A DNA stretch of 64,000 bases, from the NCBI RefSeq assembly GCF_006345805.1, contig NC_043002.1, positions 114,204,001-114,268,000 of the forward strand. Reading direction: 5' to 3'. This DNA comes from Octopus sinensis (Eukaryota). The notes under the pieces were generated by a model that saw only the letters and a program-made list of their open reading frames with translations, did no database searches and was not told the DNA's origin. The translations under genes were made by a program, and so were the position numbers. Positions within the stretch are counted from its first letter, which is position 1; the number at the start of each line of letters is the position of its first letter. Below, one piece after another: positions 12,701 through 25,361 of the stretch.

Positions 12701-13680
12701 TGGCTAGGAATGACTGTACAAATTAAAGAATTTGTATCATGATGTTCTGTATGCAATGAGAACAGAAAGAGTAATCTGAAACAACTGTTGAAGAGCCATG
12801 AAATTCCTGAATGACTGTGGGTCAAAGTTGGAGCCGACTTGTTTGTGTACAAGAACAATAACTACCTGGTGTGTGTAGACTATTTCTCAAAGAACCCTGA
12901 AATTGTGAAATTGTCTGACCTATCAAGTAAAACGACAATCACAACAGTGAAATCTGTCTTTGCCAGACATGGCATCCCAGATGAGCTCATGGCAGACAAC
13001 AGACCATAGTGTATGAGTGCAGAGTTCCGTAACTTTGGTGTAGAATGGGGATTCAAACACACAACATCAAGCCTGACGTACCCACAATCAAACAGACAAG
13101 CTGAGTTTACAGTTCAGACAGTAAAAAAAATCTGCTCCAGAAAACAGAAGCTAGTGGCTGAGATTTCTACTTAGCTCAACTTGTGTACAGAAATACACCA
13201 GTCGACATGGTTAATCCATCACCAGCTCAAATGCTAATGAGCAGGCACCCCCTGACGAGTCACTTACCTGTATCTGATGCCTTGCTGAAACCTCAGGTAC
13301 AGGACCAGAAACAGTTACATGATCAGCTGAAAGCACGCCAAGACTAGCAAAAGTACTACTATGGCAGAGGTAGCAGAGAGTTACCACATTTGACTCCAGG
13401 ACACCAAGTCAGGATTCAAGAAAAGCAGTCATGGAAGCCTGGAGTTGTCAAATCAGTTGATGACGCACCAAGATCCTACAACGTAACAATGTCAGATGGA
13501 AGACAGTATCGATGAAATCGCTGTCATCTGCAGATAGCTGCTGAGAATGCAACAGCTCAGCTAAAAAGAGAATGTGAAGAGACTATGAACTGTGATAGAG
13601 ATGAGTCTGGCACTATCTGTAATGAAACTACGAAATCCAGACGAAAAATCAACATTCTGGAACAATATTGAGATTGATAT
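9765..13680 (+). pseudogene. Gypsy gag-pol pseudogene
   Basis: Gag LNLEGNIAKNW..LIKDRIV plus Zn knuckles (CGYKH..C, CDKCSGKHNFASLC); protease KPDTCA; RT IRICIDP, LDAESGFW, VDDILVWG; RH VDATSKGLG, YAQIEKE; integrase HDAHFG, VDYFSK, FARHGIP; many stops. Confidence 0.9.
9873..10263 (+). mobile_element. SINE family A (tail type 3) inserted in Gypsy gag
   Basis: Perfect 14-bp TSD ACTCTACTACACGT at 9859-9872 and 10264-10277. Confidence 0.92.
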
Positions 13681-13985
13681 CAATTGTTAAATTTGAGAAG
13701 TGCTTCATGAACTGAGTTAAATGTTGAATTTCAAGTTAAACAAGTTGAACAGTGTTCACTGCTAGAAAGCATATTTCATTATTTTTTCCCACGTTTGAAG
13801 AAGTTAAAAGATTATTTTCTTAATGAAAAAAAAAAATTCAATCATGGACAGTTAAATTTAAAGAAGATATATTCATGGTTTTTGAAGGAAGTTGCTTTAT
13901 CAGAACGATAGTTTAATTTCTAAATGTTGCCATAACTTAAACTTGGTGAGTATATTTTTCTTGCAATGTTTGTTTAGAAGGGAAA

Positions 13986-14105
13986 TATATGAAAGTGACT
14001 TCACGTTAAGGTGCGCACACAAAATGTGACGTCACAAGTTTGTAATGTATGACGTAACAAATACACATAGTAATGGCTGTGCCCAATGTCATGTCAAAAT
14101 TTGCA
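13986..14105 (+). repeat. Gypsy 3' LTR
   Basis: Follows purine tract AGAAGGGAAA; ends TTGCA, then the TSD ATCAG. Confidence 0.85.
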
Positions 14106-14184
14106 ATCAGGACAGATTTTTGCATTATTTGGGGGCAGTTTACAAATGTTTTGATTGATGAAATTTTTGTTTTTCTATTTAGTG

Positions 14185-15182
14185 TGTAGCGTAGCTAGGT
14201 GATATCCTCACTGTTTGAGAGATATATTAGAAATGATCTCGTGCTAGCAACCATCTTCGGCTATTTGGACCCTGTTGTGTCCACTGCTCTGATTGGTTGG
14301 CATTGGTGCAGTTTGTCTCTTGACTTATTTTGCGTCAGTGTGTAAGCCAACCAATCATGGCTTTCGGATAAGGTCCCATGACACAGTCTTTTTGGGTTTT
14401 CACTGGAGCCATTAGCAGGTCATAAAAGGCTCCAGCAAATCACTATTTCTCGTCTTGGGTTCCAGTCCTTCTCAGGACTAACCTCTGACCACAGAGCGAC
14501 TCAACCATGTTCCAGCTACTCAGCCAGTTCCAGTTCCAGCGACAGACGACCAGACCAGCCAGCCATGTTCCTGCTCCAGCCAGCGACGACGCTAACATAC
14601 ACCAGCAATGCAGGACGTTTCCACCACCGACACCTTCATCTCGAAGACGCTTTTCTCAACCGTCGCCATCACCATCGTCGTCTCCATCTCCGTCGCCTTC
14701 ATCTCCACCAACACCAATACGTACACACCAAATCGCTCAGGTTTGAACTCCACACTGTTGTGAATATTCACCAAGGAGAACAGCTCAGTCAGCCTGCGAG
14801 ATTCCTGTATCAAGTAACCCAGCACGGCATAATAACCTCAACTCCCGCACGTGTAATAACTGGTACTGCCTCGTGACCTCAACCTCTTCTACAGGACTAC
14901 AGCTATTGTGTAACCTCAATACGAACTGGTATTTATCTCCATCTTGTCTGAAATATCCTGAGAGACTCTTTTCTATAATCTGTATTTTATCTAACACACA
15001 TACACCTTGTTTGTACTTATGTTCACTCTTGTAACACACACACGAACCCACAGACACAGACACTTGTTGCACGCACTCAATCGCAAACACTCTACTAGCA
15101 CCCATACTTTATCCTATTGTAAGCTTCTGAAAATAAAGTCTTTCTCTCTCAAACACTAGAACGGTTGTCGTCCTCTTATTCA
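14185..15182 (+). mobile_element. Probable solo LTR
   Basis: Starts TGTAGC; ATTGG/CCAAT boxes, CATAAAA and AATAAA near 15132; homologous to 38165-39283; no TSD found. Confidence 0.55.
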
Positions 15183-15187
15183 TTTTA

Positions 15188-15345
15188 GCACTTATGGAAG
15201 GCAGGGAGGAGGGGTAATGGACGCTGTGGATCGACGTTATAAAGAGAAAGTGAAGGTAAGGGAGGTAGACGCTGTGAAACGACGTTATAGATAGAAAGTG
15301 AAAGGAAGGGAAAAAAGAGAGTGAGTGATGGAGGAAGACAGATAC
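15188..15345 (+). repeat. Dispersed direct repeat (second copy at ~16905-17013)
   Basis: Shared TAATGGACGCTGTG..CGACGTTATAGATAGAAAGTGAAAGGAAGGG..GAGTGAGTGATGGAGGAAGACAGATAC. Confidence 0.75.
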
Positions 15346-15529
15346 CATGTATTTTGGCTGTCTTCTTATGTAGCACGACCGTCCGACGTTTAAAAGGAGA
15401 TATTTCTGTCACCAACTCCTTAGGTACGGTCGTATTATTACAAGTGCATAGATATAAAGATTTTCTTTAGCTTGCTGCTGATACTTTGTGAGGGTTTGTC
15501 GACTCTGTTGCGCTAATAAAATTCCTCTC

Positions 15530-15847
<318 letters not shown>

Positions 15848-16374
15848 TCCATTACTGTCACAGATTTTGAAATTTTAAAATCAAGTGAAAGTTTTCAAAT
15901 TCGGTATATTGACGTAATTTTTCATGCTGAATCCAATTTTGTGATTCCTTTATTCATGAAAAAATTTAGAAATATATTACCAAGGTTTAAAGTTTGATCA
16001 TTTTTACCGAATCAGAAAATAGGATGTGGAAGCTAACAAAATGAAAGAAATAGACATCGAAGACGAAGTTTTAAACAAAATGAAAGCAAAACATTGCAAC
16101 GACGAAAATTGAAAGAAGTTTTGATAAGTTTTAATAAATAAGGTCATGTGAAACAGTCGAATGGGCATATAGATAATTTACATAGAGCTAGACGCTCGTG
16201 AGATTGTATTACATGAGATATCTTGATAGAGGGAGAGAGAGAGAGAGGGAGGGAGGGGTAGTAGGATGCGTGTGAGATATACATATACAGAGAGAAAGAG
16301 AGAGAAAGATAAAGAGTCCGGTAAATGTATATGAAGAGAAGGGAAAGGAGTAAAAGACAGAGAAAGCATGATTA

Positions 16375-16780
<406 letters not shown>

Positions 16781-17384
16781 AAATTAACCCAATAAATATC
16801 TGATTCATAATATTTGTTCTCATGATTGTGTGGTGGTGGTGGCGATGATAATTCTTTCTATGAATGCAGACAGACGTAGAGAGAGAGAGAGAGAGTGTGT
16901 GTGAAAGCGCTGTGGAAGGTAGGGAGGGGATAATGGACGCTGTGAAACGACGTTATAGATAGAAAGTGAAAGGAAGGGAGAAAAGAGAGTGAGTGATGGA
17001 GGAAGACAGATACATAAAAGAATGAGAGTGGGTGATGTTTTGTTTGTTGGACCAATGTATTAAAGTAGCATTGTTTTATTGTTTTAAAATGAAAGAGGCA
17101 ATGCGTTTGTTTAAAAAAAAAGACAAACGTCCTCCAATATTTGCCATAGATAGAAGCAAATGCGGGCTGGACAACAAAACAAATGAAATGAATGATGAGC
17201 AAAATAATGATATAGATAAGGCTACAAACCTCTTACTACAGTTCAATAGGACACAAGGTCCTTTCAAATGAGGCACCAAGCCTCTTACGTTTTTCACAAA
17301 TGGACTCCACGTTCTTACAAAATGAGGCACCAAGCCTCTTACGTTTTTTTTACAACTCGAGGCATTAAAGCCTCTTACTTCCAT

Positions 17385-18480
17385 GCCCGACTAGGCACAC
17401 TGCCTCATTCAAGCACCTGAATGGTGCCAAGTCGGGACACCTGCGGAGGCTAATCAGAGTCCTCAGTGCAGGACAGAACTCCTTCTCTCCGGCTTTTTTT
17501 TTCACCTTCTTTACAAAGTTTTCTAAAGTCTTTCCCTTGTGAAAGAGGATTACAAATTCCTCGTCTTTCACATAGGAAGGGGCCACAGTTTCTTCCATTG
17601 ATAGCACAATTTCCACCGACGGGGTTTTAGGACATACCGGCAGTGTGTTAGTAACCGCCGGCAATGTCCCGTTCTTCTTCTTTTGCCACGGGAGGGTGGA
17701 GTTCTTCCATTTTGCCCGGAAGATTTTCCTTCCCTCCAGCAGTCTTAAGATCCCTCGGTGGGCAACCATTGCCACCCACCTCCTTCCTCTTTCGGTAATT
17801 TTTCGTCGAGGAGGCCCCTACCTCCTCGACCATCTCCCTCTCTCCCTCCGAACGAGGAGTAGGGGTCTCTTCCTCAACTAACTGCTCCAGGACCCTACTC
17901 TGATCCTGAGGACAGTTCTTTTTTATATGGCCTGGTTCCAGGTACAGGTGACACTTGGGGGAGGGGCATCCCTCATGTATCACCCGATACCTGTTTCCGG
18001 CCATTGTCAGAAAATCTGGGAAGACCAGATTCTTAGCTTATTGGGCCCACATGGTCAAAACAGCTTTTGACCCAACCCAATCAGCTCCCGGCAACATTTT
18101 GACATTAAGTAGCTTGGGTCCGCTGCCACCCAGTTCCCAGCGGATAGTGTTTTCTATCCACTCGGGTTCCATCCCGGTGGCAACCCGCAGACCCAAGCTC
18201 TTGTCAACTTTTTCCCACAATAAGTGGGGAGAAACAGAATCTCCTTGCCCTCCAAGGGCTGGCTCGCAAACTTGCGAGTCGCCTCAGGAGAGTCAAATAG
18301 CAGCCATACCGTTGTATACTTGACACTCCTAGAAATAAACTTTATAGTTGGCAGATGCTCTGCCAACTCTTTCTCTACTTCGATTTTGTGAAAGACGGTG
18401 ATGGTGTCGAGTGACTTTGAATATGTCCTCTAAGTCTTTTAACCACTGTTTGGGTGGGACAATCTCCCACTTCAACACAA
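17385..18480 (-). pseudogene. Tx1/L1-group LINE ORF1 remnant with a gag-like zinc knuckle
   Basis: Frameshifted ORFs 18154-18366, 18038-18220 and 17648-18004; CHLYLEPGHIKKNC is a decayed CX2CX4HX4C. Confidence 0.65.
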
Positions 18481-18667
18481 TGTTCATTTTTTCTGCCAGG
18501 TTTTGGAAGAAGTTGAATGAGATCTTTAGACTTTATAGACAACACAGATTAGAGTGGATATGATCTTTAAAAACAACTGGTAAAAACAATATACTCTTCT
18601 TAGCACATTCTATTCAACTGGTAAGACTAAGATTAATGAATGTATAGAAATAGAGGGAAAAAATTAA

Positions 18668-18745
18668 GGGACGTACCGCCAAGAATCGAACTCACGACCT
18701 TACGATGGTGAGCCTAATACTCTAGCCACTAACTCACGTGCCTTC
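18668..18745 (-). mobile_element. tRNA-derived SINE head fragment
   Basis: Minus strand GAAGGCACGTGAGTTAGTGGCTAGAG...GAGTTCGATTC, similar to the family D head. Confidence 0.6.
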
Positions 18746-19659
18746 TGCTGATAATATAATCCCCGACTGACTGGAGAGAACCGCTCTGTGCCATGTAGAA
18801 GGATTACTGGTACATCATGTGTGAGTGTCTGATGTCGTTTCTTGCTCGTGGTTTGGTCTTAGAAGTCTGCCTTCTGTGAGCGCCCGAAGTGATCTACGCG
18901 AATGCCCGAGACCGCCTGTCTCAGCAGTCTGTCGGGCCTTCTGGTTGAGTTGGGCGCCAAACAGTTTTTATAGGGTAAAAAGGCAGTGAATTTTAGATAA
19001 TCCAAGAAGCCGTTTCACGCTGATATAGGTTGACTTATAGATCAGTCACGTGAAACAGGGGTCGCTCACTTGTGATCTCTCTTGTAGTTGGGGTTAGAAT
19101 CCCTACAACTTTATTTTGACATTAGTTATGAATTTTTATTTATTTTTATAATACTAAAAAGCGTGTATCTACGAAAGAAATCAAAATTTACCCTTTTCTT
19201 TGAAAAAAAAAACGACGAATATAATCTTCGTGTGAACGGAGTAAAATGTGATCGTTGCTTTGCGAAGTTCTCAACCGTACATGGAAGTAAGTTTACTGAA
19301 TCTTTTAGAATATTAAAGACCATTTGAAAGCTCGAAGGCCCAACGCTAGTGAGTGTTGTTACTATTTTGTCACAATTGAATACATTTAAAAAGAAATAAA
19401 GTCCGTAATATCTGAGCCGGAACTTCTCGTTGCTATAAAAGAGTCTTTTCTATAATAAATAACGTGCGTTCTGACGAGCGGAGCAGTATACTAGAATCTA
19501 CTATGAAAGGCGTTCTGATGACTAAACGGAAACAGCTCATTAAGCAGCTGAGAATTTCATTTGGTAAAGCCAAAAATGGTAATTAGTGGGTTTTTTTTCT
19601 TTTCATAGAAAGTTTCAAGTGGAATATATATATATATATGGATATTTACGTTACACAAA

Positions 19660-20045
19660 GAAGTGGCAGTAAAACTTGCAAAGCTAAAATGCGGATACTC
19701 TGAAAGAGCTAAAGACAGAAACCTTTTTTTTATTTTTGGCCGAGACTTCATCAACTTTTTCAAATTCCACTTGAAAAGGAAAGTAAGGGTAGAGAGGGAA
19801 GTATTGCCTTCCAGCAGATTTGTTGAAAGATGGGTGAATGTGGCAAAAATGGTCCGAGTGAAAGGCCTGCTCTGAGCATGTGACTATTGATCGAGGGAAG
19901 AGGACGAAGGGAGGGCACTTGCCTTTGTGGTCAGAGTGATAGAGGTTTTGCCAAATTTCCATGAGCAGCCTTCGGATATCTCCCTTTTTTAAGGAAAGAT
20001 TTTCTGCTCTGAATTTTTTTTGTTTTTTGTTACTTTACTGTTTAC
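19660..20045 (+). mobile_element. Tx1-like LINE 3' end remnant
   Basis: FINFFKFHLKRKVRVEREVLPSSRFVERWVNVAKM resembles a Tx1 ORF2 C-terminus; related remnant at 45550-45960. Confidence 0.55.
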
Positions 20046-20121
20046 ACGCTTTTATGTAACTCCACATTGCAGCGTCTTGGACCGTCCTCGCCCACTTTGC
20101 AAACTTTTGGGTGTTAAGTAA

Positions 20122-20183
<62 letters not shown>

Positions 20184-20184
20184 G

Positions 20185-20359
20185 TGGCAGGCTGGCAAAA
20201 TCGTTAACACGCCAGGAAAAATGCTTAGCGGCATTTTGTCCGTCTTGCCTTTCATCCTTTCGGGATCGATAAAATAAGTACCAAAAGGACACTGGGGTCG
20301 ATGTAATTGACTTAACCCTTCGCCCTAAATTGCTGATCTTCTGCCAAAATATTAAATCC

Positions 20360-20437
<78 letters not shown>

Positions 20438-21662
20438 CCACTGTTGGAATTGAACTCGGAATCTTGGGATTAGTAGCCCGCGCTCTTAATCACTATGCCA
20501 TACGCCCGTGGGCCCACGGGCATAAGAAACCAGAAGGCAGTTGCATTTTTGAAAAGACCGGAAGGCAGTTGCATTCTTGTCAGAAACCAGCACTAAATTC
20601 ATATCATTTCTTAAGAAAATTTGCTCATGTAGATCACACGGAAAGTAGCACTAACACATAGTAAACTAAAAAGTAACCTAAATTAATCTCCCTTGTAGAT
20701 CCCACGCCAAAGCAGCACTCCTCACGACTACGCGTCTGATAAATTGTACACCACGTACATGCTTCACAACCATATATGCGTGATATGGTGATCTTATAGC
20801 AAGACAAATAACGCATAACCATGCGGGTGGGGCCCAGTTAGAATTTTATTCAGGTCGAGTAGTCCGTCCTGCTCAAAAAGTCCCTGAATAAAGTCGATGA
20901 GTGAAACACCCATGTTCCGCACTAGTGTCGATGTAATCAACTAGCCCATTTCCCACCAAAAGTTTTCAAGGCCTTATGCCTAGAGTAGAAATAATAACAA
21001 TTATTATTACTAAAGGCGGCAAGCTGGAAGAGTCGTTAGCACGCCGGGGGAAATGCTTAACGGCATTTCGTCCATCTTTACGTTCTGAGTTCAAATTCTG
21101 CCGTGGTCGATAAAATAAGTACCAGTTGAGCACAGGAATCGATGTAGTCGACTATCCCACCATCCCTCAAATTTTAGGCCTTGTGCTTGTAGTAGAGAGG
21201 GTTATTATTATTATCATTATTAGTGAAGGCGGCGAGCTGGCAGAATCGTTAGCACGCCGGGCGAAATACTTATCGGTATTTCGTCTGCCGCTCCATTCTG
21301 AGTTCAAATTCCGCCGAGGTCGACTTTGCCTTTCATCCTTTCGGGGTCGATTAAATAAGTACCAGTTACACACTGGGGTCGATATAATCGACTTAATCCG
21401 TTTGTCTGTTCTTGTTTGTCCTCTCTGTGTGTAACCCCTTGTGGGCAGTAAAGAAATAGGTATTTCGTCTGCTGTTACGTTCTGAGTTCAAATTCCGCCG
21501 AGGTCGACTTTGCCTTTCATCCTTTCGGGGTCGATAAATTAAGTACCAGTTACGCACTGGAGTCGATGTGATCGACTTATCTCCTCCCACCAAATTTCAG
21601 GCCTTGTGCCATAGTAGAAAGGATTATTATTATCGTTATTATTATCATTATTATTATTATTA

Positions 21663-21696
<34 letters not shown>

Positions 21697-22100
21697 GGGG
21701 AGCCGACAAAAGTGTCAGCAAGTCGGTCGAAATGCCTTGTGACATTTCTTCCGGATTTCTTACGTTCTGAGTTCAAATTCCACCGCGGCCACCTTTGCCT
21801 TTCATCCTTGTGGGGTTTAATGATACAACTATCAGTCAAGTACTAAAGTCGATGCAATTGATTTGCCCCCCCCCCCCTACGCCCACCCGAAATTTTTGGC
21901 CTTGTGCCCTAAATCCGAAAAAATTATTGTTACGGTGGCGAGCTGGCAGAATCATTTGCACATTGGACTAAAATGCTTAGCCTTTCTTCCGGCCTTACGT
22001 TCTGATTTAAAATAGTGGCGGAGTCGACATCGCTTTTCATCCTTCCAGAGTCGATAAAATAAGTACCAGACTTTCCTCCTCCCTCAAAAATTGCTGGATT
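20185..22100 (+). mobile_element. Cluster of ~6-7 family B SINE copies separated by (TTA)n
   Basis: Copies or fragments starting at ~20185, 20925, 21014, 21227, 21461, 21700 and 21934. Confidence 0.85.
20433..20511 (-). mobile_element. Short tRNA-derived SINE with (AAT)n tail
   Basis: Minus strand GGGCGTATGGCATAGTGATTAAGAGCGCGGG...GAGTTCAATTCC, running into (AAT)n. Confidence 0.6.
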
Positions 22101-22112
22101 TATATACAAAAA

Positions 22113-23336
22113 CTAGCAGCATAGCCCGGCGTTGCCCGGGTATGCAAGACACTTTGTCGATAAGCAATGCCCTTTAACTTTTTACCCTTTTTTGAACTCA
22201 TTGAACCGTTATTTTGTAAAATGAAGCCTAAAAGGCATTAAGGCATTCAAGGCACCGTTCCCTTGCATGCATGAAGAAAATCTATGACAGTCAAAGTGCA
22301 TTTTCTGGTTTTGTTTAGCACACCCAACCCAGTTCTGCGGGATCAGTGTTGCGACGGGAACGCATGAATTGGGAGTTTGACCGGCAGAGGTGATAAGGTT
22401 GCGCATGCCGGCCCTTTTGACACCCCCCCGAACCCAAGTTGGGTTCGGACCACAGCTAAGCCCTACCTAATCCTAACTTAAGTCTAGCGAAAGAGGGCTC
22501 GGGAGCCTCTAGTAGGCAACGACTAATCCCGATCTAGTCCTTTCCCTCTAGGGAATGAAGGCGCATGTGTGCCTGAAATCCGCCAACAAAAGTCAGTTTC
22601 GTAGGGTTCGTATGGTCGGTCTCAAAGTGATATTGTTTTGTCGATTTCTCCCAATACTGGTTAACTGCATTGACAAAAGGTCGTTAGTTTGACATTTAAT
22701 GCAAACTTGATGTCCAACATCGGTGTAGGGAAAATCTGTGTGAACTTTCAAAAAATATCGCAGAAAAATCGGTTTGCTACGTGTGCCACATATGATGTAA
22801 TTAACCGATTTTTTCCAGTAATAACGTATCCTATTGGAATCAAAAGGGCCATATAGCTCCTTGGAGCAGACATGATGCTCGCTGTGAATTTCAAAAAAAA
22901 TTCCTGCCAATTTGTTAAAGATATTGTCGAAAATATGTCATCTTGAATTTGAACGCGATTTCCCAAAATGGCATGATTTTATCGATTTTTTCTGATGGTA
23001 AGGTATTGCATGGAAAACTAACATCAGAATTAAGTTTCTTAGGGTAACATTAAGCTTCACCATGAGTTTGGTGAAAATCGATTGCAAGTTGCGAAAACTA
23101 CAACGGAAAATGCGTTGCATATGATAAGCTTAGATTCTCGACCCCATGTCGAATTTATCGATTTTTTTTCAGAACTGGGGGAACTTTTCAAAATTTTCGC
23201 TGCGTTAGTTTTGAATTATGACATTGGGCTATGTGTGTGTCAAGTTTCATCAGAATCGGTTGAAAGCCGTGGTCAGGGTGAGAGTACAACCTGACAGACA
23301 CACAGACAGACAAACTGCCTTTTATATATAGAGAGA
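22113..23336 (-). mobile_element. Non-autonomous Helitron (long type, 1.2 kb)
   Basis: Minus strand begins TCTCTCTATATATAAAAG and ends hairpin CCCGGGCAACGCCGGG..CTAG; inserted between A and T with no TSD. Confidence 0.8.
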
Positions 23337-23749
23337 TTAGAAGGAATTATTTTCATTGTTGTTGTTGTTATTGCTGGTTCTGTTGTTATTACAACACGAA
23401 TTGTTCATCTGTCTTTATGTTCTCAAATTCTGCCGTGGTTGACTTTATCTTTCATCCCTTTCGGAGTCGGTTACCGAATTTGCTGGCTTGTGCCGACAAC
23501 ACGAATTTTCTTGAGAACTTTAGCAACTGTCTACACTATATACAAACTCTCTTTTTACTCTTTTTACTTGTTTCAGTCATTTGACTGCGGCCATGCTGGA
23601 GCACCGCCTTTAGTCGAGCAAATCGACCCCGGGACTTATTCTTTGTAAGCCCAGTACTTATTCTATCGGACCCTTTTGCCGAACCGCTAAGTGACGGGGA
23701 CGTAAACACACCAGCATCGGTTGTCAAGCAATGCTAGGGGGACAAACAC

Positions 23750-23785
<36 letters not shown>

Positions 23786-24672
23786 GAAAAAACAAGTCAA
23801 AAATAGAAAATGCTAAAATAATTTTATAGTGAACATTTCAGTACCGGTTTCGGTCATTTTGAAACCTTTTCAACTGTAACGATTAAATAATTAAATTTAG
23901 AAAAATTAGAAGAAAAGTTTTTTTAAAAGAATATTTCTATAGTAGTGTTCAGATTTAAGTGGCATTCTGCCTTTCTCTGACTCCCTTGTTTGCACTTGTG
24001 TGTTCGAGGTAGTTGTGAGTTCTTGGTAGGGTAGTAGAGGGAAGGCTGGTGAGGAAAGGGGGGTGGGAGAATCTGGGAGTGCCCTGATGGTCGTATTTTG
24101 AATGGTCAGTGGCGGCTGGCAGTCTCAGTTCAATTCAGGAGAATATTTATATTGACAGGCTTGTTTATAGAATTAGCGTAGGTGTTATACTAAAAAACAT
24201 TAGTGACAAAGTTAAGGGGTAGGGGGTGGAGAAGTAGAAGAAGAAGAAGAAGAAGAAGAAGAAGAAGAAGAAGGAGAAGGAGAAGATGACGATGATGGTG
24301 ATGGTGGTGATGATTATGATAATGATGATGATGAAGAAGAAGAAGAAGAAGGAGAAGAAAAAAACAGAGAAGGGAGAATATGAATGGGTGTAAATATAGC
24401 TATGAAGGGGCTGATTAGTAATGGATTCTATGGAGTGTAGTATTTGTGTGTGTATATATATTTTTTTCTTTTATTCTAAAGTTGAGGTATATTAATTGTT
24501 TGTCGTAGACCCGTTAAGAAGTGGCTTGTATTTTGTAATAAAGAGATTTTCTTTACTTATTCGTTGTCTCGAGGTTGTATCGTCCCTAAATTGGTAGAGG
24601 GGGAAAATTCTGAAGTTTGGTGTTTTTTTGTTGGCGCAAGTATCTATGTGTTGGCTAAAAGCTATTTTTCTG
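23786..24672 (-). mobile_element. Penelope-like 3' fragment (same family as 549-2203)
   Basis: RKIAFSQHIDTCANKKTPNFRIFPLYQFRDDTT..FITKYKPLLN matches ORF 1397-1744; shared 3' UTR. Confidence 0.9.
23839..23876 (-). ncRNA. Minimal type I hammerhead ribozyme motif (U3-A8 variant)
   Basis: Minus strand cag-TTGAAAA-ggtt(tcaaaat)gacc-GAAA-ccgg-TA|ctg. Confidence 0.75.
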
Positions 24673-24932
24673 TATATATATGTATATATACGACAGGCTT
24701 TTTTCAGTTTCCGTCTACCAAATCCACTCACAAGGCATTGGTCGGCCCAGGGCTATAGCAGAAGACACTTGCCCAAGATGCCACGCAGTGGGACTGAACC
24801 CGGAACCATGTGGTTGGTTAGCAAGCTACTTACCACACAGCCACTCCTGCGCCTATTAGCATTAAAACTATTAGCATTAAAAAAAAATGCTGCTCTGTTA
24901 CGATATAAAGATAGAAGCTGAACACAATGTAG

Positions 24933-25361
24933 GGATCTTTTCGGTTTGAACGGCAGTTTTTCTCGCGGTGTCATATGAAATTGTCACCCATAATTATGAC
25001 CCTAGTGTCGATCTATTGCATTTCAATCTGTTTTAGGGTTAGGGTTAGTTAGGGTTAGGGGTGGGGGGTAGTTTATCTTTTTTTCTTCAGAAATGTAAAT
25101 AAACCCAATCTGTTTCTTAAACGAGGGACATATTTATACGGCACAGAATGTTTTCACCTCAATCGACGTCATTGATTGGTTGAAATTGCAGAAATTGAAG
25201 AAGAAAAAATACAACAAATATCTTACAAACTATAGAATCTTCTCAATAAAGCCAAGAGAAAAAGATGCTTTATAAACACATTCTACCAGTATACGAAGTT
25301 TAAAAGTGTTTAGTTACGTGGAAATTATTTTAAAAAACTGCCGTTCAAACCGAAAAGATCC
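24933..25361. mobile_element. MITE with ~29-bp TIRs and 8-bp TSD (Merlin- or hAT-like)
   Basis: TIR GGATCTTTTCGGTTTGAACGGCAGTTTTT at both ends; TSD CAATGTAG at 24925-24932 and 25362-25369; internal TTAGGG repeats. Confidence 0.9.

Larger units (their letters stand above)
9378..14105 (+). mobile_element. Ty3/Gypsy LTR retrotransposon, complete but decayed
   Basis: Two ~120-bp LTRs, 5-bp TSD ATCAG (9373-9377, 14106-14110), PBS, PPT at ~13976-13985, gag-PR-RT-RH-IN order. Confidence 0.93.
23549..24856 (-). mobile_element. SINE family C split by a Penelope insertion
   Basis: Tail half 23549-23785, head half 24673-24856; break lies in the internal (TA)n. Confidence 0.88.

Noticed and set aside
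14507-14746. 79-aa Pro/Ser-rich ORF with a good Kozak context downstream of a TATA-like box
   Set aside because: ATG not conserved in the related element (ACCAAG at ~38612); low complexity inside an LTR-like repeat
17265-17380. Short direct repeats AAATGAGGCACCAAGCCTCTTACG with a spacer (superficially CRISPR-like)
   Set aside because: Only 2-3 degenerate tandem units, in a eukaryotic LINE remnant, with no cas genes
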